64,000 nt of DNA from Candidatus Poriferihabitaceae bacterium. GTDB taxonomy: Bacteria > Pseudomonadota > Gammaproteobacteria > Arenicellales > Poriferihabitantaceae. The notes below the pieces were generated by a model. It did no database searches. It saw only the letters and a list, made by a program, of their open reading frames with translations, and had not been told where the DNA came from. The position numbers and the translations under genes were made by a program. Positions 32,186 through 41,392 of the stretch are shown piece after piece. The stretch covers positions 1,249,979 to 1,313,978 of the forward strand of contig CBDFMY010000003.1 of the NCBI GenBank assembly GCA_965249835.1, given 5' to 3'. Each line of letters begins with the position of its first letter. Position 1 is the stretch's first letter.

Positions 32186-33508
32186 ATGGACATGACCGTC
32201 GCCAGCCACGAGACCATCCTCGTCATTGGCGGCGGCATCAGTGGCATGACCACGGCGCTGGAAGCGGCCGAATGTGGCAAGCAGGTAATCTTGATTGAAA
32301 AAAATCCGGCACTCGGTGGGCGCGTATCGCAACTGCATCGCTACTTCCCCAAACTTTGTCGCCCGACTTGCGGGCAAGAAATTAATCTGCGGCGCATCAA
32401 GGCGAATAAATTTCTGCGCGTTTTGACCATGGCCGAAATCACCAGCCTTAGCGGCGAGGCCGGCAACTACACCGCGCACATTAAAATTCATCCGCGTTAT
32501 GTGAATGAAAACTGCACCGCTTGCGGCGCATGCGCACGCGCCGTGAGTGCGCAAATTGACGACCCGCATAATTACGGCATGGGGAAAATCAGTGCCGCGT
32601 ATTTGCCCAACAACATGGCGTATCCGCAACGTTATGTTCTCGACCGGTCCATTGTCGGCACCGAACAGGGCGAAGCCGCAAAAGCCGCGTGTCCGGTGGA
32701 TGCGATTGATTTGGAGATGCAAGAGAAGGAAATAGAAATCACTTGCGGCGCGGTGGTTTTTGCCACCGGCTGGCGACCATATGATGCGGCGCGCATTGAA
32801 CCATATGGATACGCACGCTATGCCGATGTCATCACCAGCGTTGAGTTCGAGCGCATGATGGATCCATTTGGCCCGACCGCGGGAAAATTAACCCGACCGT
32901 CCAACGGTGAGGACGCGAAAGACATCGCATTCATTCAATGCGCCGGTTCGCGTGACCGCAATCATCTCGCGCATTGTTCGCGCATCTGTTGCATGGCATC
33001 GCTGAAACAAGCCACTTACCTTGCAGAGCAATACGGCGATGACCAAGACGCGCGTGCGACCATCTATTATATTGATATCCGAACCATCGATCGCTTTGAA
33101 GATTTTGAACGACAAGTGCGCGCCGATGCGCGCGTGCATTTTATTAAATCCAAAGTCGCCAGCATCGAGCAGGACGCGGACGGCAAACCGCTGCTGATCG
33201 GCGTTGACACCCACGGCTATCACCGCTACCAAAACGCGCACGACCTGGTTGTGCTGGCGATCGGTATGACCCCCAGTGTTGACATCGCTGCGTTGCTGAA
33301 AACCAATCACGAGGTCGCGGTGGATGCCGGCGGATTTATCGAACTTGAGCAGATCAATGGCGCAGAGAATGACGACACGCATGGCGTGTTCGCGGCCGGC
33401 TGCGCGTCCAATCCGCTGGATGTAAATCGCTCGGTGCAAAGTGCCACCGCGGCGGCGTTGCGCGCCATTCAGGTAGTCAATCGCGTGTCCCGCGCGCAAA
33501 AAACATGA
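32186..33508 (+). CDS. qmoA: QmoA-like (HdrA-related) FAD/iron-sulfur protein
   Basis: ILVIGGGISGMTTALEAAECGKQVILIEKNPALGGRVSQLHRYFPKLCRPTCGQEINLRRI; CTACGACARAV. Confidence 0.85.
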   Translation: MDMTVASHETILVIGGGISGMTTALEAAECGKQVILIEKNPALGGRVSQLHRYFPKLCRPTCGQEINLRRIKANKFLRVLTMAEITSLSGEAGNYTAHIKIHPRYVNENCTACGACARAVSAQIDDPHNYGMGKISAAYLPNNMAYPQRYVLDRSIVGTEQGEAAKAACPVDAIDLEMQEKEIEITCGAVVFATGWRPYDAARIEPYGYARYADVITSVEFERMMDPFGPTAGKLTRPSNGEDAKDIAFIQCAGSRDRNHLAHCSRICCMASLKQATYLAEQYGDDQDARATIYYIDIRTIDRFEDFERQVRADARVHFIKSKVASIEQDADGKPLLIGVDTHGYHRYQNAHDLVVLAIGMTPSVDIAALLKTNHEVAVDAGGFIELEQINGAENDDTHGVFAAGCASNPLDVNRSVQSATAAALRAIQVVNRVSRAQKT

Positions 33509-35811
33509 ACGACTCAACGATAAAACTCGGCGCGTATTTGTGCAAAGGCTGCGGCTTGGGCGAGCGTCTTGATACGGATAAATTGGCCACGGTCGCCGAA
33601 CAAAGCGGCGCGACCACGGTCAAGACGCATGATTATTTGTGCAGTGCCGACGGCGTCGCCACTATCCGCGATGACATCGAAAACCAACAAGTCACCCATG
33701 TCGTCATCGGTGCTTGCTCGCGCCGCGCCAAAACCGAAGCGTTTGGTTTTGACGAAGCATCACACGAATCACATGGCGCGGCGGTGGCGCGGGCGAATTT
33801 GCGCGAAGGCGTGATTTGGACGCAACCGGATACGCCGGATGCGCGCGAGACCACCCAGGAGATGGCGGATGATTATGTGCGCATGGCATGCACCGAAGCG
33901 AAGTTCATGCAGTTGCCGAAAGCCGATGCCGAGAGCGCTGCCAACAAGCGCATTCTGGTGGTCGGCGGCGGCGTCAGCGGCATGACCGCGGCATGGCAAT
34001 CGGCGCGCGCCGGCTATGCGGTTTTGCTGGTGGAAAAAAGCCCCGCGCTCGGCGGCTGGGCGCGTTCGTTGCATCGTTGTCTGCCGCGCACCGAGCCACA
34101 TGCGCAACCGGTGCACAATGACATCGCGCAACTCATCAAGGCGGTGGAAGATCACGCTAGTATCACGGTGTTTTTGAATGCCACCGTAGCCAAAACCAGC
34201 GGTGCACCGGGGCGTTTTTCGGTGGACATTGCGAGTGGCCGCACCACCGTTACCGAGAACATCGGCGGCATCGTGCAAGCCAGTGGTTTCAGTCGGTACG
34301 ATGCCAACCGCCTGCCGGAATTTTCCTACGGCAAAACTCCGGATGTGATCGACCAAACCGAGTTGGAGGCACTGGCGGTCAAAGCCGGCGACAATGGCGG
34401 CAATGGTGGCAATGGCGGAGTGATAACGCGCCCCTCCAACGGCAAACCGGTTAACAGCGTGGTGTTCGTGCAGTGCGCCGGCCAACGCTCGCAAAAGCCC
34501 GGACATCTGCCATATTGCTCCGGTTATTGTTGCAACGTAAGCATCAAGCAGGCGATGTATTTCAAGGAGCAAAACCCCGACATTGATACCAATGTGATTT
34601 ATTCCGACCTGCGCACGCCCGGCAACGGCGAGGATTTTTATCGTGCGGCGCAACAGCAAGGCGTGGTGTTCACCAACGGCGAGGTGGCCTCGGTTGTGCC
34701 TGATGCCGAACAGTTGGCGGTGCATTTTCGCGATCATATCTTGCACCAAGACGCGGTCGCGCACGCCGATCTGGTGGTGCTGGCAACCGGGCAAGTGCCG
34801 AATTCGGGGGTGGATATCGAGGCCGACAATGACGCCGGGGATGCCGAGGGCAAGAGTGCCGAGGGTAGCGCCGAAAATAAAAAACCCGGCGAGGTCAGGG
34901 TTTCGGTGGAGTCCATTCTCAATCTCGATTACCGTCAGGGTCCCGACCTGCCGCATTTGAAACACGGCTTCAGCGATTCGCATTTCATCTGTTTCCCATA
35001 TGAGACGCGCCGCACCGGCATTTACGCGTGCGGTCCGGTGCGCCGCCCGATGGACATTCAGCAATCCATTGAAGATGCCACCGGCGCAGCGATGAAGGCG
35101 ATTCAATCGGTCGAAGCCGCCAACTTCGGGCGTGCCGCGCATCCGCGTGTCGGCGATTTGTCCTATCCGAGTTTCCGCAAGGACGGCTGCACCCAGTGTA
35201 AGCGTTGCACCGTGGAATGTCCGTTCGGCGCCATCGACGAAGATGAAAACGGCTATCCGCAGTTCAACGAATCGCGCTGCCGGCGTTGCGGCACTTGCAT
35301 GGGCGCGTGTCCGGTGCGCGTGATTTCGTTTGAAAATTATTCGGTGGACACCGTCGGCCAGCAAATCAAAGCCATTGAAATGCCCGATGAATTCGACGAG
35401 AAGCCGCGCATCCTGATTCTCGCTTGTGAAAACGATGCCTATCCGGCGCTGGATATGGCGGCGCACAACCGCATCCAATACAACGCCTTCGTGCGCGTGA
35501 TTCCGATTCGCTGCCTGGGTTCGGTGAATTTGATCTGGGTGACCGATGCGATTAACTCCGGCTTTGACGGCATCATGATGATGGGCTGCAAAAAGGGTGA
35601 TGACTATCAATGTCACTTCGTGCGCGGTTCCGAGTTGGCGCACGAGCGCATGAGCAAGATTGACGACACCTTAACGCAATTGCAACTGGAAACCGAGCGC
35701 GTGCAAACGTTTGAAGTGGAAATCACTGACATTGAACGCGTGCCGAAACTGATTAACGACTACGCCGAAAAAATAGACGCGCTCGGCATGAATCCGTTCA
35801 AAGGGTTTTGA
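33505..35811 (+). CDS. qmoB: QmoB-like (HdrA + MvhD-domain) protein
   Basis: YLCKGCGLG...; ILVVGGGVSGMTAAWQSARAGYAVLLVEKSPALGGW; CTQCKRCTVECPFGAIDE / CRRCGTCMGACPV; C-terminal MvhD-like GIMMMGCKKGDDYQCHFVRGSELAHERM. Confidence 0.87.
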   Translation: MNDSTIKLGAYLCKGCGLGERLDTDKLATVAEQSGATTVKTHDYLCSADGVATIRDDIENQQVTHVVIGACSRRAKTEAFGFDEASHESHGAAVARANLREGVIWTQPDTPDARETTQEMADDYVRMACTEAKFMQLPKADAESAANKRILVVGGGVSGMTAAWQSARAGYAVLLVEKSPALGGWARSLHRCLPRTEPHAQPVHNDIAQLIKAVEDHASITVFLNATVAKTSGAPGRFSVDIASGRTTVTENIGGIVQASGFSRYDANRLPEFSYGKTPDVIDQTELEALAVKAGDNGGNGGNGGVITRPSNGKPVNSVVFVQCAGQRSQKPGHLPYCSGYCCNVSIKQAMYFKEQNPDIDTNVIYSDLRTPGNGEDFYRAAQQQGVVFTNGEVASVVPDAEQLAVHFRDHILHQDAVAHADLVVLATGQVPNSGVDIEADNDAGDAEGKSAEGSAENKKPGEVRVSVESILNLDYRQGPDLPHLKHGFSDSHFICFPYETRRTGIYACGPVRRPMDIQQSIEDATGAAMKAIQSVEAANFGRAAHPRVGDLSYPSFRKDGCTQCKRCTVECPFGAIDEDENGYPQFNESRCRRCGTCMGACPVRVISFENYSVDTVGQQIKAIEMPDEFDEKPRILILACENDAYPALDMAAHNRIQYNAFVRVIPIRCLGSVNLIWVTDAINSGFDGIMMMGCKKGDDYQCHFVRGSELAHERMSKIDDTLTQLQLETERVQTFEVEITDIERVPKLINDYAEKIDALGMNPFKGF
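35481..35811 (+). repeat. 331-bp direct repeat, copy 1 (qmoB 3' end)
   Basis: Base-by-base match to 37536-37866 with 2 substitutions noticed (attaactcc vs atcaactct). Confidence 0.97.
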
Positions 35812-35905
35812 TAGTACTCTGAAGATTTCGGCACGGAATCAGTTTGCAATCCCATGAAAGAAACTATAGTGTTCATAACTAGGTGATTTCAACCAACCCA
35901 ATTTT

Positions 35906-36808
35906 ATGTATCAGCGACCGGCATCCACTCTTTCCACATTTGCCGAAGCAAATGTCAGGCAAGCCGATATTTTTCAGGCTGACGGGACGGACGTTTGCAG
36001 TGAGAAATTTGTGGGTTGCAGTATTGACCAGTATTATACCAAACCTGAAATAGTTTCGATCTGTTTGCGCGAATTGGGCAGGTTGTCCGAGTTTGATTGC
36101 GTGATTGAACCTAGTGCCGGCGATGGTGCATTTTTTTCCAAGATTAAGCATAGCAACTTAATAGGATTGGATATTACTCCGCATCATCCAGCGATTAAAA
36201 AAGCAAACTGGCTGACTTACAAAATAGACAGCGCATACAAAAAAGTGGTGGTGGTGGGTAACCCGCCATTTGGCAGATTTAATAATTTGTCCGCGGCATT
36301 TATCCAACATGCATTAAAATTCCCCGCAGTTTCGTGCATCGGTTTTATTTTGCCCGATGTGTATAACAAACATACCCGACAAGCGATACTGCCAAGCCAT
36401 TGGCGCATTAAAACGAACCATAAATTGCCGCGCAATGCGTTTTTGTATGAAGGAGAAACCCAACATGTGCCATGTTCGTTTTTTGTGTTTTGTCGGTCAC
36501 AGGGCAAGGATTTGCGTGTACCGACCAAATTGCCGAACATTGCGGATTTTAGCTTTTCCAATTGCAAAGATTACGATGTGTTTATTTTTGGTGCTGCACC
36601 AAAAAATATATTACGGCAGGGGGAAGTTAAGAAAAATAATCGCGGGCATTTTCTGAAATCACATATTGATGTTAATCGGTTAATTGCCAACTTAAACGCG
36701 GTGGTTTGGCAAGGCAACTCATGTGCAAGCGGCGGTGTGTATTGGCTGACCAAAAATGAATTGGCGATGCAGTATTATCACAGACACACGATTGGGCCAA
36801 AACCATGA
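35906..36808 (+). CDS. Class I SAM-dependent DNA methyltransferase (probable N6-adenine type)
   Basis: DCVIEPSAGDGAFFSKI (motif I), KVVVVGNPPFGRFNNLSAAF (motif IV NPPF). Confidence 0.8.
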   Translation: MYQRPASTLSTFAEANVRQADIFQADGTDVCSEKFVGCSIDQYYTKPEIVSICLRELGRLSEFDCVIEPSAGDGAFFSKIKHSNLIGLDITPHHPAIKKANWLTYKIDSAYKKVVVVGNPPFGRFNNLSAAFIQHALKFPAVSCIGFILPDVYNKHTRQAILPSHWRIKTNHKLPRNAFLYEGETQHVPCSFFVFCRSQGKDLRVPTKLPNIADFSFSNCKDYDVFIFGAAPKNILRQGEVKKNNRGHFLKSHIDVNRLIANLNAVVWQGNSCASGGVYWLTKNELAMQYYHRHTIGPKP

Positions 36809-37395
36809 AATTAACAAGACAAGACAAAAGAGACATGAGGTCATTGGCAACGACTGTTTATGAAAGCCAAGCAAAGTCCAGTGTTTTGGTGATGCGAGTC
36901 AAAGATAAATTAATAGCGGCCGAACTTACCGGAGTAGTAACCGCGGTGGAATTTTATCGAATCACTGCATTGATGAGCACTCAAATGCGCGCGCCGTTAT
37001 GGGAAAAATATTTTATTGAAAAACATGGATTTAATCGGGTTCAACCCGCTGAAAACCAAGGTGATATGGAAAAAAACGGAAATTACTACGAATATAAGGC
37101 ATCTGGATTTAACGCCAAAAATGAATTGAGACTCCTCCAAATTCGGCATTGGCAAAATTGCGATTACATATTCCAATTTATATCCGGCGAAGGGGCAGAC
37201 ACATTTTGCCTTACCAAAAAACAAATGAAAGTCGAAATGAAAATCAATAAAGCTCACCCGGCACATGGCACAAAGACAGTCAATTTAAATAATAAAATGG
37301 TGGAATACATGATGACTGTGAAGAGAGAAAGAATGAATGATGTTTGGATGAAAAAGTATTTTGTTGCAGACCCGTTACAGATAGGCGTTGTCTGA
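36805..37395 (+). CDS. Putative type II restriction endonuclease partner of the upstream methyltransferase
   Basis: ATGA overlap with the methyltransferase; 196 aa; GNYYEYKASGFNAKNELRLLQIRHW contains an ExK element. Function inferred mainly from context. Confidence 0.5.
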   Translation: MKLTRQDKRDMRSLATTVYESQAKSSVLVMRVKDKLIAAELTGVVTAVEFYRITALMSTQMRAPLWEKYFIEKHGFNRVQPAENQGDMEKNGNYYEYKASGFNAKNELRLLQIRHWQNCDYIFQFISGEGADTFCLTKKQMKVEMKINKAHPAHGTKTVNLNNKMVEYMMTVKRERMNDVWMKKYFVADPLQIGVV

Positions 37396-37535
37396 TATTA
37401 AATTACAAAGACGATTTTTCATTACAAAAATAACTGCTCCAACCATGTCCGGTATCCGCCCACAAGTCGGTATAATTGACGGAATTCGGAAAATCTCCAA
37501 TCAATCGCCCCAATGAATCCAATCGAAAAATATCG

Positions 37536-37866
37536 CAACGCCTTCGTGCGCGTGATTCCGATTCGCTGCCTGGGTTCGGTGAATTTGATCTGGGTGACCG
37601 ATGCGATCAACTCTGGCTTTGACGGCATCATGATGATGGGCTGCAAAAAGGGTGATGACTATCAATGTCACTTCGTGCGCGGTTCCGAGTTGGCGCACGA
37701 GCGCATGAGCAAGATTGACGACACCTTAACGCAATTGCAACTGGAAACCGAGCGCGTGCAAACGTTTGAAGTGGAAATCACTGACATTGAACGCGTGCCG
37801 AAACTGATTAACGACTACGCCGAAAAAATAGACGCGCTCGGCATGAATCCGTTCAAAGGGTTTTGA
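37536..37866 (+). pseudogene. Duplicated 3' fragment of qmoB (MvhD-like domain); direct repeat copy 2
   Basis: Encodes NAFVRVIPIRCLGSVNLIWVTDAINSG...ALGMNPFKGF*, same ending as QmoB; embedded in a small ORF 37513..37866. Confidence 0.9.
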
Positions 37867-38018
37867 GCGTGATTATATTTGGCATGTTGTTTTTAATTGT
37901 GGTGATATTCGCATCTATATCTGCTATCTTTGTATGCCACCACCTTCTTGGTCGCATTCTGGCCGTTTAGTATATTGCTCTCATTATTAGAAATCGCTGT
38001 CAATCAAGTGTTTGAACA

Positions 38019-39218
38019 ATGAATCTGCAAATTCCCAACCGCGCATTATTCACCGGCGACAACCTGCCGATTTTGCGCGGCATAAACTGCGACAGCGTTG
38101 ATTTGATTTACCTCGACCCACCGTTCAACTCCAACAAAGAATACTCGGCAGTGGAAGGAAGCGAAGCGGCCGGCGCGTCTTTCAAGGATGCGTGGACGCT
38201 TTCGGATGAAGATGAATCGTGGCACGCCGCGTTGAAATCGCATCATCCGAAGTTATACGCGATCATTCATGTGGCCGGTGCGGTTGGTGACTCCGGCGAC
38301 AAATCGTATTTGATTTACATGGCGGTTCGCATTTTGGAATTGCGCCGCATTATGAAAAACACCAGTAGCATTTATTTGCATATCGACCCGACCATGAGTC
38401 ACAGTCTGAAGTTGGTGATGGATGCGATTTTTGGCAATGGCGGATTTGTTAATGAGATTATCTGGTATTACAAAAACGCATCGCGTGGCAAAAAACGTTT
38501 TGCCAAAAGCCACGATGTGATTTTATGGTATGCAAAGGGCGCGCCGCAGTTTAACCGTGATGATGTGCTGACACCGTTTGCAAGCGGCATGACCAAATGG
38601 CGTTATACGCATGGCGGTCAGCGCGGCAATCCCATTCCAAAAGGAAAAACGCCGGATGATGTGTTTGAGATTCCCGCGTTGAATGCCATGGCAAAGGAGC
38701 GCATGGGTTACCCGACGCAAAAACCGCTGGCGTTGCTGAATCGCATCATCAAGGCGAGCAGCAACGAGGGCGACACCGTGCTCGATCCGTTTTGCGGTTG
38801 CGCCACCACTTGCGTTGCGGCGGAAGTGTTACACCGCAAATGGATTGGTATTGATATCAGCCCGAAGGCGTTGGAGTTGGTGAAGACGCGGCTCGGCCGG
38901 GAAGTGCTCGGTGAGGGCAAAGTGTTCAAGGGCGAAGTCGTTCATCGCACCGACATCCCGCATCGTATCGATATTCCGCGCATCACACTGTCGGACACCG
39001 AAATTCGCAAAAGGTTATATGGCAACCAGGCCGGGCTATGCAATGGTTGCGGATTTCATTTTCCCATTCAGAACTTTGAGCGCGATCACATTGTCCCGCC
39101 CTGCCAAGGCGGTGCCGATATAATGGAAAACTTTCAATTGCTGTGCGGTAACTGCAATCGCGTCAAAGGCAATCGCACCATGGAATATTTGAAAGCGCGC
39201 CTTCTCGAGAAACAATAA
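38019..39218 (+). CDS. DNA methyltransferase fused to a C-terminal HNH nuclease domain
   Basis: DLIYLDPPFNSNKEYS; DTVLDPFCGCATTCVAAEVLHRKWIGIDISPKA; C-terminal LCNGCGFHFPIQNFERDHIVPPCQGGADIMENFQLLCGNCNRVKG. Confidence 0.88.
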   Translation: MNLQIPNRALFTGDNLPILRGINCDSVDLIYLDPPFNSNKEYSAVEGSEAAGASFKDAWTLSDEDESWHAALKSHHPKLYAIIHVAGAVGDSGDKSYLIYMAVRILELRRIMKNTSSIYLHIDPTMSHSLKLVMDAIFGNGGFVNEIIWYYKNASRGKKRFAKSHDVILWYAKGAPQFNRDDVLTPFASGMTKWRYTHGGQRGNPIPKGKTPDDVFEIPALNAMAKERMGYPTQKPLALLNRIIKASSNEGDTVLDPFCGCATTCVAAEVLHRKWIGIDISPKALELVKTRLGREVLGEGKVFKGEVVHRTDIPHRIDIPRITLSDTEIRKRLYGNQAGLCNGCGFHFPIQNFERDHIVPPCQGGADIMENFQLLCGNCNRVKGNRTMEYLKARLLEKQ

Positions 39219-39219
39219 A

Positions 39220-39852
39220 ATGAACTCCGCCAACACATCCGCCGTGGAAAAATACCGCAACCAGTTCCTGCGCGAGGTCGAAGCCAATGTCGAGGACGGC
39301 GAGTGGGTGAAGATGTGCATGCAGTGCGGGGTGTGTTCCGGCTCGTGTCCGCTGGGGAGTGCGTGGGCGCATCCGCCGCAGGAATTGTTTATGATGATTC
39401 GCGCCGGGCAACGCGACGAAGTGCTCAGATCGGAGTCCATGTGGATGTGCACTTCCTGTTACAACTGCGTCACGCGTTGCCCGCGCGGGCTGCCGATTAC
39501 GCACATCATGCACGGCTTGGCGAACTACGCCAACCGCCTCGGGATCGCGCCGAAGATGAATCCGACCAAACGTTTTGCGAAAATATTTTGGGACAACATC
39601 GCCGACACCGGACGCGTGAATGAATCGAAACTGTCGATAAAACTGTATTTTATGAACGGTTTGATGAGCGGCATAAAAACCGCGTTCGGCATGCGCAAGG
39701 TCGGTTTGGGTATGCTTCGAACCGGACGACTGAATCCGCTTGGGTTTTTCCGCGCCGGCGGTATCAAAGAAAAAAATCAGTTACGACAGATGTTGAAAAA
39801 GGCGCATGAAATTGAAGACAAACGCAGAGGGCTGAAACAGCCCGGAGGATAA
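39220..39852 (+). CDS. hdrC: HdrC-like soluble iron-sulfur protein
   Basis: CMQCGVCSGSCPLG; CTSCYNCVTRCPRGLPITHIMHGL; no membrane domain in 210 aa. Confidence 0.88.
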   Translation: MNSANTSAVEKYRNQFLREVEANVEDGEWVKMCMQCGVCSGSCPLGSAWAHPPQELFMMIRAGQRDEVLRSESMWMCTSCYNCVTRCPRGLPITHIMHGLANYANRLGIAPKMNPTKRFAKIFWDNIADTGRVNESKLSIKLYFMNGLMSGIKTAFGMRKVGLGMLRTGRLNPLGFFRAGGIKEKNQLRQMLKKAHEIEDKRRGLKQPGG

Positions 39853-39856
39853 CGCA

Positions 39857-40771
39857 ATGGCACGAAAAGAATATTCCTTTTATCCGGGCTGCTCATCTGA
39901 GCGCAAGTCCTCGGCATCCAACTACATGGTATCGGTCAATACCATGTGCAAGACGCTGGATATTAAACTAAACGAGATTCCCGACTGGAATTGCTGCGGC
40001 GCGTCCATCGGTTATGCCGACGGCGGCGAGTTGCCGCGTCATGTGATGAACGCACGCAACGTGGCGTTGTCGCAACAACATAACAAAGGGCAGGACATCG
40101 TCGCCACTTGCGCGGCCTGCTGGCTTGGCGCGAAAGAATCGGTGGAGCGGTTGTCTAAGTCCGAGCAATTGCTCGCCGACACGCAAAGTATTCTTGCCGA
40201 TGTCGGGTTGAAAGTGGACATCGATGAAAAAACCGCGAGCAGCGTGCGTCACATGGTCGAAGTATTGATCGAGGATTTTGGCTACGATGAACTCGCGGCA
40301 CCGGTCAAAAAACCGTTGGAAGGATTAAAGATCGCCGGTTATGTCGGTTGCCAGACCAACCGCCCGTTCGGCATAGACGGCGAGTCTTTTGAAAATCCAA
40401 AATATCTGGACAAGATGGTGGAAATTATGGGTGCTGAGCCGGCCGAAAAATACGAACAAAAGGTCACCTGCTGCGGCGGCGCGCTGGCGTTTTCGGAGCC
40501 GGAAAAAAGCCAGGCGCAAATCAAGGACATTGTTGAATCAGCCTACGACCACAATGCCGACATGATCGTCACGCCGTGTCCGGTGTGTCAGATGAATGTT
40601 GAAGTGTATCAGGAGCAAATCAACAAAACCTACGGCAAAAATTTCAACATGCCGGTGGTGTATTATAGCCAGTTGATGTCGGTCGCCTATGGTAGCACCG
40701 CCAAACAAGCGGGCCTGGACGGGCAGGTGATACGCACGAAGAAACTGGAGGAGATTGCGGCAAAAAAGTGA
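39857..40771 (+). CDS. hdrB: HdrB-like CCG-domain protein
   Basis: YSFYPGCSSERKSSASNYMVSV; NCCGASIG; CCGGALAFSEPEKSQAQ; VTPCPVCQMNVE. Confidence 0.9.
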   Translation: MARKEYSFYPGCSSERKSSASNYMVSVNTMCKTLDIKLNEIPDWNCCGASIGYADGGELPRHVMNARNVALSQQHNKGQDIVATCAACWLGAKESVERLSKSEQLLADTQSILADVGLKVDIDEKTASSVRHMVEVLIEDFGYDELAAPVKKPLEGLKIAGYVGCQTNRPFGIDGESFENPKYLDKMVEIMGAEPAEKYEQKVTCCGGALAFSEPEKSQAQIKDIVESAYDHNADMIVTPCPVCQMNVEVYQEQINKTYGKNFNMPVVYYSQLMSVAYGSTAKQAGLDGQVIRTKKLEEIAAKK

Positions 40772-40993
40772 GTGGTCGGCGTGTGGCGACTTGACAAAAG
40801 TAATCCAATGGATTGCGAGGCGCGGCGAATCGTGGGAAGATGCGAGTGATGAAAACGGCAATCCAGTTGGTCGCGCCAGTTGGTCTTGATTTAGGGATTA
40901 CTGTGGGCAACTCGGTGTGATTTTTGTCGGGCATCTGTGCTAATGAATTGGCCAAACTAACGAATCTGCTCGTTAAAAACCACGGAGAAAGCG

Positions 40994-41189
40994 ATGTCTG
41001 AATCTTTCGACAGCATCAAGCGGGGTTTCACCGAAGCGGTTCGGTATTCCGCAGGCAAACGCGTGCAAGCGATTGTCCATGAGTCTGCACCGATTGATGT
41101 GAAAAACACTCGCGCTACTCTTAAAATAAGTCAAGTTGAATGTGGTGGCAAAAAAGCCAAAGGCGGTGCTGGATGCGCTTGCGCGGTGA
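40994..41189 (+). pseudogene. Degenerate HigA-like HTH antitoxin (internal deletion/frameshift)
   Basis: N-part SESFDSIKRGFTEAVRYSAGKR...IDVKNTRATLKISQ, then frame switch to LNVVAKKPKAVLDALAR* (stop 41187-41189), as expected for an antitoxin C-terminus. Confidence 0.6.
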
Positions 41190-41226
41190 GCCGGTGCAAA
41201 TCAAAACTCGCAAGAGAGACGTTTTT

Positions 41227-41367
41227 ATGAGTGGAAAAGTAATGAGTGCTTGGGATAGAGTGGAAATCACAACAGACATATACCTTGGCGATAGCAAAGA
41301 TCAACTGAAATCGCTTCCAAGCGATTCTGTCGATCTCATCATTACATCGTCCCTTAGGCAAGAGTAA
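41227..41367 (+). pseudogene. Truncated DNA methyltransferase N-terminus
   Basis: ITTDIYLGDSKDQLKSLPSDSVDLIITSSLRQE*: the expected TSPPY motif is interrupted. Confidence 0.6.
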
Positions 41368-41392
41368 AGCGAATAGCGACCATTATTTTAGG

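Noticed and set aside
33769-35643. 624-aa antisense ORF in qmoB
   Set aside because: Shadow of a high-GC coding strand; the forward frame has clear Hdr/QmoB motifs and the antisense is His/Arg/Asp-rich without a recognisable domain.
38019-39218. Selfish homing-endonuclease interpretation of the HNH tail
   Set aside because: The HNH is fused to an apparently complete DNA methyltransferase rather than located in an intron or intein, so a restriction-type role is more parsimonious; not formally excluded.
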